This document shows positions 41,586-53,698 of a stretch of 64,000 nucleotides of DNA, one piece after another. The translations under genes and the position numbers were made by a program. How positions within the stretch are numbered: position 1 is the stretch's first letter; each line of letters starts with the position of its first letter. Where the stretch lies: assembly GCA_963668645.2 (NCBI GenBank), contig CAXXWC010000014.1:66998-130997 (forward strand), given 5' to 3'. The notes beneath the pieces were generated by a model that saw only the letters and a program-made list of their open reading frames with translations, was not told where the DNA came from and searched no databases. The stretch is from Desulfobacterales bacterium (lineage in GTDB: Bacteria > Desulfobacterota > Desulfobacteria > Desulfobacterales > UBA2174).

Positions 41586-41645
41586 CGCGTCGGAGGTTCC
41601 ACCGCGTCGGAGGTTCCACTGCGTCGGAGGTTCCACCGCGCCGGA
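41586..41645. repeat. 17-bp tandem repeat x3.5
   Basis: YGCGTCGGAGGTTCCAC repeated without spacers. Confidence 0.9.
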
Positions 41646-41653
41646 TGGCCGGG

Positions 41654-42475
41654 CTAGAAGGTTATCTCCTCGGTCTGTTCAAAGAACTCCCTGGTATCCA
41701 GAATGAACACCACCTTGCCGTCGCTGCGGCGGCGGGCCACAGACTCCACCATGCCGCCCTCGCCGCTTTCCAGGCGGCTCATGTCGTCGGCGTCCTCGTG
41801 CCGCAGGCCCTCCACCGTTTCCACCTCGTCCACCGACAACGCCATGAGCCGGCCGTTTTCCTCGGCCACCAGGGCTATTTCCCGGAAAGACAGGCTTATC
41901 GCATGGCGGATTTCGGCGAACAATTCGATCATCTTGTGCAGGGGGCCTTTTTGGGTTTGCGCCATCAACTCCAGGGCCCTGGCCTTGCCCTCGTTTTGCT
42001 TCAGGGTAAAGGCCTGCTCGGCAATGGCGTGGATCTTGGCGTGGGGCCGGTCGAAATTGACCAGCGCGGTGTTCAGGGCCATGACATTGGTCTGGAAGGA
42101 ATCGCGCCATTTGCCGAAGGCGCATTGGTGGGGGTCCAGGGCCAGCTTGAATTCACGGCCCTCCCTTATGGAAGCCTCCAACTCCAGGAGCCAGTTTTTG
42201 TGGTCCTCTTCCCTTTGCCGCATCAGCTCCTGCAACTCTTCCATCTCCAGGCTCACCGCGGGCAGGCCCATGCGTACGCGCAGGTCGAAAAGCGGAATCA
42301 CCTGGCCCCTCAGGTTTATGATGCCCCTCATGAAAGAAGGCGCCTGGGGCAACTCGGTGACCTCGGGCAGCACCAGCATCTCCCGAACGTGCTTGACCGG
42401 CAGGCCATACATCTGGCCGCATACTTTGACGATCACATACTGATCTTCATTGGAGTAAAGATTTAGTTCGTCCAT
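41654..42475 (-). CDS. CheW with inserted CZB zinc-binding domain
   Basis: GIINLRGQVIPLFDLR CheW motif; DH..W...HQCAFGKW...H..IH CZB motif; CheW C-terminal half resumes afterwards. Confidence 0.85.
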   Translation of the reverse strand: MDELNLYSNEDQYVIVKVCGQMYGLPVKHVREMLVLPEVTELPQAPSFMRGIINLRGQVIPLFDLRVRMGLPAVSLEMEELQELMRQREEDHKNWLLELEASIREGREFKLALDPHQCAFGKWRDSFQTNVMALNTALVNFDRPHAKIHAIAEQAFTLKQNEGKARALELMAQTQKGPLHKMIELFAEIRHAISLSFREIALVAEENGRLMALSVDEVETVEGLRHEDADDMSRLESGEGGMVESVARRRSDGKVVFILDTREFFEQTEEITF

Positions 42476-42947
42476 GGCGCTTTCCGGGAAGGTTTGGCTA
42501 ATAGTTGGTATTGGCTAGAGAATAGCAGGGCCCTCGGCCTGGCGTCAATGAAACCCGACCCTTTCGGCATGGCTGACGCCGGGCTGGAGCCCATCCCGCC
42601 CGCCCACCGCCCGGCGATGTGGGCAGGCCGGATTTCTGGGGTACAATTTATAACATAGCAAGCCGCCGCCGGCCCGGCACACGGCCGAAAAGGCCTTTTG
42701 CGGGATAAAATGGAATCAGCGGGCGGATAAAATAATACTTTCCACTTGTAATCAGCGGTATTTCGTGGGAATGATAGTATACTATAGTTGAGTATAGCCG
42801 GCCCCGATACCGGCTGAGGGAGCAAGGGCGTTATCTTGGAGACCAACCCATTTTTACCCCCAGAATAGATGGTTGATTCGATCCGTATCCGCCCAATGCA
42901 TTACCGGGTTCCAACTCCACACAACCAACAACAGCAAGACTTGAGAC

Positions 42948-45802
<2,855 letters not shown>

Positions 45803-45840
45803 GGGGCGAAGAGGGGGGAGAGGCAGGAGAGGCAGGAGAA

Positions 45841-45882
45841 TCGGGGGAAACTTTTTTCTTAAAAGAAAAAAGTTTCCCCCGG
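45841..45882. repeat. REP-like hairpin after uvrA
   Basis: CGGGGGAAACTTTTTTCTT / AAGAAAAAAGTTTCCCCCG. Confidence 0.65.
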
Positions 45883-46087
45883 ACCCCCTTCAAAAAAGAA
45901 TTGCACAGGGCATTGCTTTGCAATGCCCTTTTATATTGCCATGTTAGGCTTGACTAATAGTGGATTAGAATTTTAGTATGATTCCGGCGTGTTGCCCCAG
46001 CGCCGGGGGAAATATGCTAGAGAGCCACCGACAAGAAACAGAGCTAACCAGCTTAGGGTCAAGACAGCCCGCTTCGTTCCGAAAGGA

Positions 46088-46999
46088 ATGAAAATGTTAA
46101 TGACCCAATCCGGTGATTACTTTATAAAAATCGACTTTCAAAGAGGCGTATCTACCGCCACCAAAGTTTTTACTAGTCATATTAATTTAATCTCTGCTTT
46201 CCAGCGAATAGACAACCACCTGTTGAATAGCTTATCACTTAAAGTCACTTCCGATATTGTCCTATGGGACATACAACCAGGCTCAATGATTACTTGGCTT
46301 ATTAATAGCATCGAAAAAATTGACGATGAAGCACTAAAAAAAGTAGACTGGCGCGTGATTGTTGGAAACTTTTTATTTTCTTCCAAATACAGGCTTATTA
46401 ACTACCTTAAAAAAAGAGATAAATCTTTAGAAAAACGGGAGCTTGAAAAACTCAAACGCCAACTTGAAAAACTTGCATCTAGATATAATCCTTTACCAAT
46501 TCCTGGTCATTCCCCGATTGAGTACGAAGTGCTACTCTCGTCACTTTCCGATATAAATGAGTCTGTCTCTGATCTTTCAAAATACGAATCTATTTCTATC
46601 GGAGACAATTCAAAGACTCTAAAAATAACACACAATCCTTCATTCACCAAAGAATCAATAGAGGTGATTTTAGGCGAACGGGTGATCACTAAAGAGATTA
46701 CCATGACGCTTAGAGTAAAAAAGCCCGATTTTCTGGGGACGTCTATGTGGGACTTTAGGTATGGAGGCAATCATATAAGTGCAAAAATAGAAGATAAAAA
46801 ATGGCTCTCAGATTTCCACACAAAGAAAGTGAAAATATTACCCGGTGATTCGATAGAAGCTCAAGTGGAAGTGACTACATACTTAGATGAAGAAAACCGT
46901 AGTGTTGCTCCACCACGTTATCGGATTACAAAAGTTATAAATGAGATACCTTCAACAACCAATTCTTTCAATTTCCCAAATTTATTCAGCACAAGTTAG
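46088..46999 (+). CDS. AT-rich conserved-looking hypothetical protein
   Basis: Long intact ORF, visibly AT-rich against GC-rich flanks. Confidence 0.75.
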   Translation: MKMLMTQSGDYFIKIDFQRGVSTATKVFTSHINLISAFQRIDNHLLNSLSLKVTSDIVLWDIQPGSMITWLINSIEKIDDEALKKVDWRVIVGNFLFSSKYRLINYLKKRDKSLEKRELEKLKRQLEKLASRYNPLPIPGHSPIEYEVLLSSLSDINESVSDLSKYESISIGDNSKTLKITHNPSFTKESIEVILGERVITKEITMTLRVKKPDFLGTSMWDFRYGGNHISAKIEDKKWLSDFHTKKVKILPGDSIEAQVEVTTYLDEENRSVAPPRYRITKVINEIPSTTNSFNFPNLFSTS

Positions 47000-47030
47000 C
47001 CAATACGTCAATAAATATGTTGAACACACT

Positions 47031-47429
47031 CTACCTCCCGAACAAACCCAGGGCTTTCATGGCATCGGCCTTGTCCGGCTTGGCAAGGCCGAGCCGCTTT
47101 TTCAGGACGGACTTGTCCGCTTCCAGCCAGATCAGCTCGGTGCCGGGGGGCTCCTCCTCGTCCGGGATCAGGTTTTCCGCGCGGGAGGGCCTGGGCAGGG
47201 GCAGGCCTTCCTTTATGCGGGTGTATATCTCGGCGGTGAGCAGTTCCGCCGCGGCGCGGCGGGCCACCTTTTTGTGCACGCCATAGGACCGCGACTCCGG
47301 GAAGTTGGTGATGATAACCTCCCAGCCGCCTTCGGGCGCGGGCAGCATCATCGCGGGATAAGGCTCCAGGCTGCTCAAAAGCCGCACCAACTCCAGCCGT
47401 GAATACTCCGCCATTTGCATGTCCTCCAT
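47031..47429 (-). CDS. HicB-like antitoxin
   Basis: YPA....EGGW.V...FP...YG.....A...A.E.L...I.....G..LPRPS. Confidence 0.7.
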   Translation of the reverse strand: MEDMQMAEYSRLELVRLLSSLEPYPAMMLPAPEGGWEVIITNFPESRSYGVHKKVARRAAAELLTAEIYTRIKEGLPLPRPSRAENLIPDEEEPPGTELIWLEADKSVLKKRLGLAKPDKADAMKALGLFGR

Positions 47430-47562
47430 TCATCGCCGCCGCCGGGGCGGTCCCGCATCCCGTGGAAAATTTACGATTTTCAGCCAAATATCCTTTGGCC
47501 AAACCATCCCCTTGGTTTATCTTATAGCGCGCATACCCTGGGTTAATCAAGAAAGGCCGGCC

Positions 47563-48918
47563 ATGCCCTCATTCGCACGCAAATCATTTTCCGGCGGCCC
47601 GCGCTGCCTGGCGGTTTTCATTGCTTTGGCCCTGGCGGCCGTGGCCTTCGGCGTTCCGCCGGCCCTGGCCGAGCGCAGCATAACCCCGCCGCCCAACATC
47701 ACCCTGGACGTGGGCCAGAAAAAACTCAAACCCATGTGGGTGGCGCTGCCCTATGCCTTCAAGTCCGAAACCACGGACTGGGCCTATGGCGCGGCCTTCG
47801 GCATGCGGGGCTATCTCCAGGAGCAGGCCGGCCTGGCCGGCGCGGTGCTGGGCAGCTCCAACGGCTCGGCCGGGGTCTACCTGGTGGGCTGGAACTACAA
47901 GGTGCCCTATGCCACGCGCCTGTTCTTCGACTTCACCGCCTCCCTGGGCAAATACGGCAACGACCGCTTTTACGTGGACGGCAACCCAGGCTTTCCGGCC
48001 AGCCGGGCCGGGTCCAACAGCTCCGACGCCAGCGACTACATCTCGGACGAGGGCGTGGAAAACTGGGCCGATATCACCCTGCGCTACGTGATGCCCCTGG
48101 GCGCGGCCAAAAACAACCCCATGTCCCGCTATGTGGTCAAAAACGGGCTTTTGGCCTCCGGGGCCACCGGCGGCGATGTTTGGAACCCGCTCACCAGCGG
48201 CCTGAGCCTTTTGGAGCTGAAGCCCTATTACCGCAAACGCACCCTTGATGTGGACGGCGATGACTACACCCGCCAGAGCGGCGGCTTCATGCTGGCCCTT
48301 TCCTACAACAACACCGATTTTCCGGTGAACCCCTCCAGGGGCTCGGTGCAGAGGGTGGCCCTGCGGCGCGACGTGGGCTGGCTGGACGACTCCCAGCCCT
48401 GGACCACGGTGGAGGCCGAGGTCGCCGCCTACTGGGACCTGGGCACGCTGCCGGGCATGAAGCAATCCGTCCTGGCCGTGGATTTCTGGACCATCGACGC
48501 CACCACCTGGGACGAGAACAACGGCAGCGTATCCGGACGGCCGCCCACCTATTTCGGCGGTTCCCTGGGCGGGTTCTGGCGCATGCGCGGCTATCCCAGC
48601 GCCAGGTTCAGCGACCGCGCGGCCATCTACTACGCCGCCGAGCTTAGGATGATCCCCAAGTGGCAGCCGCTTTCCCAGGACAACACCGACCTGGCCAAGT
48701 GGCTCAAGTTTTTCAAGATAGACTGGTGGCAGATAGTACCCTTCGCTGAGTTGGGCCGAGTGGCTCCGGTCTGGTCACTGGACGAGCTCAACACCGACCT
48801 GAAGTGGGACCTGGGCTGCGGCCTGCGTTTCATGGCCCTGAAAAGCGTGGCCCGGCTGGACTTCGCCTATTCCGAGGAGGGCATGGGCGTCTGGGCCATG
48901 GTGGGGCATCCTTTCTAA
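47563..48918 (+). CDS. BamA/TamA-family outer membrane beta-barrel
   Basis: Signal peptide; MRGY..ARF.DR; C-terminal GCGLRF...RLD.A...GHPF. Confidence 0.8.
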   Translation: MPSFARKSFSGGPRCLAVFIALALAAVAFGVPPALAERSITPPPNITLDVGQKKLKPMWVALPYAFKSETTDWAYGAAFGMRGYLQEQAGLAGAVLGSSNGSAGVYLVGWNYKVPYATRLFFDFTASLGKYGNDRFYVDGNPGFPASRAGSNSSDASDYISDEGVENWADITLRYVMPLGAAKNNPMSRYVVKNGLLASGATGGDVWNPLTSGLSLLELKPYYRKRTLDVDGDDYTRQSGGFMLALSYNNTDFPVNPSRGSVQRVALRRDVGWLDDSQPWTTVEAEVAAYWDLGTLPGMKQSVLAVDFWTIDATTWDENNGSVSGRPPTYFGGSLGGFWRMRGYPSARFSDRAAIYYAAELRMIPKWQPLSQDNTDLAKWLKFFKIDWWQIVPFAELGRVAPVWSLDELNTDLKWDLGCGLRFMALKSVARLDFAYSEEGMGVWAMVGHPF

Positions 48919-49533
48919 TCCGATGAAGCCATCAAAGCGGCGCGGTTCGGGCGGTGCGCCTGCCCGGGCACGCGATTATTGATGTCCAAGCGACTCCCCG
49001 GGCCGTCCCCGCCGGGGCGCGAGGGCCCGGCGCCATCCCGCGCTTTCTCGACAACCCGCCCGCCGTTTCCGTTGATTTCGCCAATCCCTTAATTGAGGGC
49101 GTTGCACGGGGGCGTCCTGCCCCGTGCAACCTCGGGTTGGCAAAAACGCGGTTTTGCCAACCCTTGCGAATCACTCGCCTTCTAGACTCGTGATTCGGCG
49201 GGCCATCCTTGGCCCGCTTGAGGCCTTGCGAACAAATGAATCCCAAAAATACCCTGTAACCATATAATTATATTAAATATACACTCATTTTACCGTGCAT
49301 CGGCCTCTAATTCTTCGGGCGGTTAGCCGGCAGGCCCCCTTGCTCCCCGTAAATCGGTCCCGCTATCAGGCTGTTATGGCTAAATTTTATAACTCGCCTG
49401 TAAGCCTGACCATATTCAGGGCAAAGGCTTTGGGCTCTTAAAAACCGTTCAAGTCGCACCAACCCCCTGCCGATGGGTCTTACAAGGCAAAGGGAACCGC
49501 CTTAGTACAACACCCAAGGAAGGGAGCATCACC

Positions 49534-49821
49534 TTGAGTACGAAAGGTGAATGGATTGCAAACTGCCTTCCCGACCGTGTTGACCGGATTTCGGCGGCAA
49601 GCGTTTATCTCCTGCGGGTGGGCCCGCCCAGGCCCAACCAGATGCAAAACCTGGAGGACCTCCACGAAAAAGGAGTAGTGGGGCTTTACAGGTTCGGTAA
49701 GAAAAGCCGGGAGGATGCTGCCAGGAGTCAGCACGAGTACCTGCAAAACTCGGATTTCACCCCCACGCCAAGCATGCTGTTCAGCTTCTTGGACCAGGGA
49801 TCGGAACCGGGCAACAGCTAG
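49534..49821 (+). CDS. Small hypothetical protein
   Basis: GGGAG RBS before TTG; no recognisable motif. Confidence 0.4.
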   Translation: MSTKGEWIANCLPDRVDRISAASVYLLRVGPPRPNQMQNLEDLHEKGVVGLYRFGKKSREDAARSQHEYLQNSDFTPTPSMLFSFLDQGSEPGNS

Positions 49822-50183
49822 GAGGGAATGGCCCAGGCGAGCGGACTTTTCAGAAGGCGCTGTGCTGTTAACCCAAACGGGGCGTAAGGCCCCAAGACCG
49901 GCAACTCCCCGGAAAGGGGAACGGCCGCAAGCATCCGGCAAAAACGGGACGCCGTTTCGGCTGCTTGCGGCGGTTGCCATTTTTAGGATCCCCCGGCGCA
50001 CGGGCCTCTCCCCGGGCTGCCGCTGTCGTGGATTTTGCGCGCGGATGCCGCGCCTTATACCCCGGCCCGGTAGCGGCCGGCCGCCGCCCGCGATTGACAA
50101 TAAGACCGCCCGCTTCCTATCATGGAAGCCTCGGGGCCGGCCTTGCGGCCGATCCACCCACCAAAAAACCAAAGGAGCCGGCC

Positions 50184-51116
50184 TTGCGCAAAACTGTCAT
50201 TGTCGTCAGCCTTGCCTTGTTTGCTCTGTGCGCCCTTGGAGCCCCGGCGGCCCCGGCCCAAGAGTTGGACAAAACCGCCATCAGCCCCTTTGACGATTAT
50301 TGCGACGGCTACGGCATGCCCGGCGCAAAGGGCACGGGCTATGTCTCGGTGCTGAAGGTATCCACCGGGGTGGTGGAAAAGGGCGACGACGACCTTTTGG
50401 ACGGCATCGTGGCCTATGACCGGGCCGAGGCCAACGACGCCTATGTGGGCCAGATCAACATGATCACGGCTTCTTCCTTCAACGGCCCTGCCGGCAGCAT
50501 TTGGGGCTATGACCTGGCCAGGGCGGCGGACATAGCCCAAAACAGGCAAAGGCCCCTTTTCACCGTAAAGCAATACGACGGCAGCGAGCTGAAGGTGTTT
50601 GACGGCGCGCCGTTGCTCCGGGCGGGCAAGGCGCTTTTCGGCACGGCAAAGGCCCGGCGTTTTCCCCTGCTGCCCGGAGCCCATGTCATATGCGCCAACA
50701 AGAGCGTGATGGCCTATCGCCCCAAACAGGGCAGAGCCCTCAGGGGCCAGGCCTACGGCGTGTGGTCCTATATCGCCATTTCCATTGCCAAGGACCGCAA
50801 AAAAGACGCCAATCTTTTCATAGAGGATGCCGGGCTCTGGACCAAAAGCGACAGCCTCGCGGATTTGACGGCCTTTCTGGAAAGGCATCGCAAATCCGTG
50901 GTCAAGTCCATCGTGGCCTGCGGCGAGGACCAGAGCGTGGTGTACGAGCGCACCTACATCAGCTTCGCCAAGGTGATCATGAAACCGGGCCAGATCGGCA
51001 CCGCGCTTACCGTGGCGCCCTATGTGGTCCTGGCCCGAAAGGCGTTGCCCGGCGGGGATTTTTCAGCCCTGGGCAAGATGACCCTGCCCCAGTGGGAAAG
51101 GGCCATGGGGTTCTAG
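50184..51116 (+). CDS. hdcA: Pyruvoyl-dependent histidine decarboxylase proenzyme with signal peptide
   Basis: YCDGYG; GYVSVLKVS; YDRAE; YVGQINMITASSF Ser-Ser cleavage motif; FIEDAG; TTG start after AGGAG. Confidence 0.85.
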   Translation: MRKTVIVVSLALFALCALGAPAAPAQELDKTAISPFDDYCDGYGMPGAKGTGYVSVLKVSTGVVEKGDDDLLDGIVAYDRAEANDAYVGQINMITASSFNGPAGSIWGYDLARAADIAQNRQRPLFTVKQYDGSELKVFDGAPLLRAGKALFGTAKARRFPLLPGAHVICANKSVMAYRPKQGRALRGQAYGVWSYIAISIAKDRKKDANLFIEDAGLWTKSDSLADLTAFLERHRKSVVKSIVACGEDQSVVYERTYISFAKVIMKPGQIGTALTVAPYVVLARKALPGGDFSALGKMTLPQWERAMGF

Positions 51117-51213
51117 CGGGCTGTTGAAAGCCGGCAGGGGCTTTTGCCGCATCCCGCCCGGAAGCCCGCGGTGCACCCGCCGCGGCACTCGTGGTTAGGA
51201 GAGAAAGCGGAAA

Positions 51214-51855
51214 GTGGATAGGGATCTATTAAAACGCACTCTGTGGAGCGGTGCCGTTTGCGCCGTGCTGGTCGCGGTGCTGTTCATCTGGGTGGACCGG
51301 CCGGTGGATCTGGCCGCGCACCGTCTGGCGGGTGGCTTTTGGGCCCGGGCCGCGGCCGCCCTCAGCTGCCTGGCCGATCACGATTTGTTCAATGCGGCCC
51401 TGTTCGCGGCTTTCATATATTTAGGCGGGGCGGTTTTGTATCGCGGGCTTACCTCCGGCCTCCGCCTGGCGCTTTACGTATGCCTCGCGGTTTGCGTAAC
51501 CATGCTGCTGGGCGAAACTTTCAAATGGATCATGGGCCGCTACCGCCCGGTCATGCTGTTCGAGCATGACTTGTACGGCTTTTCCTTTTTCGCCTCCAAG
51601 GGAAGCCAACACAGCTTCCCATCGGGGCATACCTTCCGCATCTTTTCGGCCATGACCGCCCTGTCCCTGGTGTTTTACCGGGCCAGGTTCTGGCTGCTGG
51701 GCCTGGCCGGCCTGGTGGGCGTAAGCAGGGTGTTGGTCACCAGGCACTACCCCGGCGACGTGCTGGCCGGGGCCTTTGTGGGCGTCTTCTGCGCCCTGTG
51801 GGTTTGGCGCATCATGCAGGGCCCGGCCCAAAAGCCCGGCCGGCATTACCCATGA
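51214..51855 (+). CDS. PAP2-family phosphatase
   Basis: K....RYRP; SFPSGH; SRV....HYPGDV. Confidence 0.92.
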   Translation: MDRDLLKRTLWSGAVCAVLVAVLFIWVDRPVDLAAHRLAGGFWARAAAALSCLADHDLFNAALFAAFIYLGGAVLYRGLTSGLRLALYVCLAVCVTMLLGETFKWIMGRYRPVMLFEHDLYGFSFFASKGSQHSFPSGHTFRIFSAMTALSLVFYRARFWLLGLAGLVGVSRVLVTRHYPGDVLAGAFVGVFCALWVWRIMQGPAQKPGRHYP

Positions 51856-51952
51856 ATAAACTACCCCGCAGCAAGCTACGGGGTATTAAACGGATCAAGA
51901 TCTATTTGATAGCTAAGCAAGCTTAGGGGAATGTATCCCTCTAAGGGATTCA
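51854..51952. mobile_element. 99-bp palindromic MITE, copy 2
   Basis: Near-identical to 36571-36669. Confidence 0.75.
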
Positions 51953-52187
51953 GGTATCCGTTGAGATAAATTCCCGCCCGGGACGAAGCCGAGCCACCGG
52001 GGGCTGAACTGTTTCCCTCAAAAGGCTGTCATTGTTTTGAGCGTTGCGCCTCGCCATCCGCCTTGGCCGAATTCGCCGCGCGGCCAAAGGGTTTCAGCCC
52101 TGGCAAGGGCGGCGGGCCTGCGGCCGGCCAAAAAAGCGCCCCCCGGAAAATTCCGGAGGGCGCTTGGTTTTAGCGGGTTCTTGAGGC

Positions 52188-52850
52188 TTACAAATCGGCC
52201 GCGCTTGGATGGTGGCTTTCGGTGTGGGCCTCCTTGAGGTACTCCTTGGCCAGCTTGGCCCCCATGCTAAGCGCCTTTTTATTTAGCTGCTCCGTGCCCT
52301 TGGGCACCCTGGCCAAGAGCGCTTTTTCCAGGGCTTTCATGCTGACCACCTTGGTCAGTTCGCTTATGGCGCCCAGCGCGACAACGTTGGCCACCATGAT
52401 CTTTTTCAGCTTGTCCCGGGCCACGGCGGTAAAGGGAAGCTTTACCGCCTTGCTGGTGGGGGGGTGGCTGACCAGGTCCTGGTCCACCAGGATCCAGGTG
52501 TCGGAGGAGAGGTCCCAGGAATAAGAATCCGCGGCCTCCTGGTTGAGCGCCAGCAGCAAATCCACCTCGGTGGCCAGGGGATAATCAATGGGCGCTTCGG
52601 CTATGGTCACCTCGGCCTTGCTGGCCCCGCCCCTGGCCTCCGGCCCGTAGGACTGCACCATGGCCACCTCGTGGCCGTCGTAAAGGCCGGCGGCTTCGGC
52701 CAGCACCAGGCCGGCCAGGATGAGCCCCTGCCCGCCGGAACCGGCCAGGCGAACCTCCAGGCGGGGCTTGGGCAGCTTGTGGTTTCCCGCGGGAGCGGCT
52801 TTGGGTTTGGCGGTCTTTTTGGCCGTGGTCTTTTTGGCGGCTGGCATCAT
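52188..52850 (-). CDS. 2-oxoacid:ferredoxin oxidoreductase gamma subunit
   Basis: GSGGQG; QSYGPEARGG. Confidence 0.92.
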   Translation of the reverse strand: MMPAAKKTTAKKTAKPKAAPAGNHKLPKPRLEVRLAGSGGQGLILAGLVLAEAAGLYDGHEVAMVQSYGPEARGGASKAEVTIAEAPIDYPLATEVDLLLALNQEAADSYSWDLSSDTWILVDQDLVSHPPTSKAVKLPFTAVARDKLKKIMVANVVALGAISELTKVVSMKALEKALLARVPKGTEQLNKKALSMGAKLAKEYLKEAHTESHHPSAADL

Positions 52851-53698
52851 TTGCCTCCATTCTTGGCCTGGGCCCGTTCGCAGACCCCATGGTAAAGGTC
52901 CAGGTAGCTGGGCTCTTCACGCCGCACCAAAACACCGGTGACGAACTTGCCCTTCCGTTCGGCCTCGCTCATCTTTTCCCAGCGCTCCACCCTTACCGCG
53001 TTTTTCTTGTAGTCCTTCATCATCTCCACCTGGGAACCCAGGCGGTTCTGGCGGCCGTAGTTGGTGTGGCAGGGCGAGAGCACCTCCACCACCGCGAAGC
53101 CGGGGTAGACGATGGCCTCGGACAGCACCTTGTCCAGCTGCTTAACGTGGTACACCGTGCTTCTGGCCACATAGTTGGCGCCGGCGGTGGCGGTGAGCGC
53201 CGAAATGTCAAAGGGAGGCTCGATATGACCGTAGCGGGCGGTGGTGGCCCTTTTGCCCACCGGGGTGGTGGGGCTGTACTGGCCGCCGGTCATGCCGTAG
53301 TTCAGGTTGTTCACCACTATGGCGCATATGTCCAGGTTGCGCCTGGCCGCATGGATCAGGTGGTTGCCGCCGATGGCGGTGGCGTCGCCGTCGCCCATCA
53401 CGGTGATGACCCGAAGGTCCGGGCTGGCCAGCCGGATTCCGGTGGCAAAGGTGAGCGCCCGGCCGTGGGTGGTGTGCACGCTGCCCACATCCACATATAC
53501 CGGCAAACGGCCGGAGCAGCCTATGCCGGAAACCAGGGCGAATTCATCCTTGCTGAGGCCCGAGTTTTCCAGGGCGCGGACCAAGGAGCCCAACAGGATA
53601 CCCAGGCCGCAACCGGGGCACCAGACATGGGGGAATTTTTTATCGTGCCGGAGCCACTTGTGCACCACGCTTCTTTGGCTAACAGGTTCCGTGGGCAT
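52847..53698 (-). CDS. 2-oxoacid:ferredoxin oxidoreductase beta subunit
   Basis: WCPGCG; GIGCSG; GDGD; YGMTGGQ. Confidence 0.94.
   Translation of the reverse strand: MPTEPVSQRSVVHKWLRHDKKFPHVWCPGCGLGILLGSLVRALENSGLSKDEFALVSGIGCSGRLPVYVDVGSVHTTHGRALTFATGIRLASPDLRVITVMGDGDATAIGGNHLIHAARRNLDICAIVVNNLNYGMTGGQYSPTTPVGKRATTARYGHIEPPFDISALTATAGANYVARSTVYHVKQLDKVLSEAIVYPGFAVVEVLSPCHTNYGRQNRLGSQVEMMKDYKKNAVRVERWEKMSEAERKGKFVTGVLVRREEPSYLDLYHGVCERAQAKNGGK

Noticed and set aside
41586..41645. Mini CRISPR array
   Set aside because: Repeats are contiguous with no spacers, and no cas genes are present
49898..49945. c-di-GMP-I riboswitch-like GGCAACTCCCCGGAAAGGGGAACGG upstream of hdcA
   Set aside because: Only a partial resemblance; the second stem is not evident and an Infernal search would be needed
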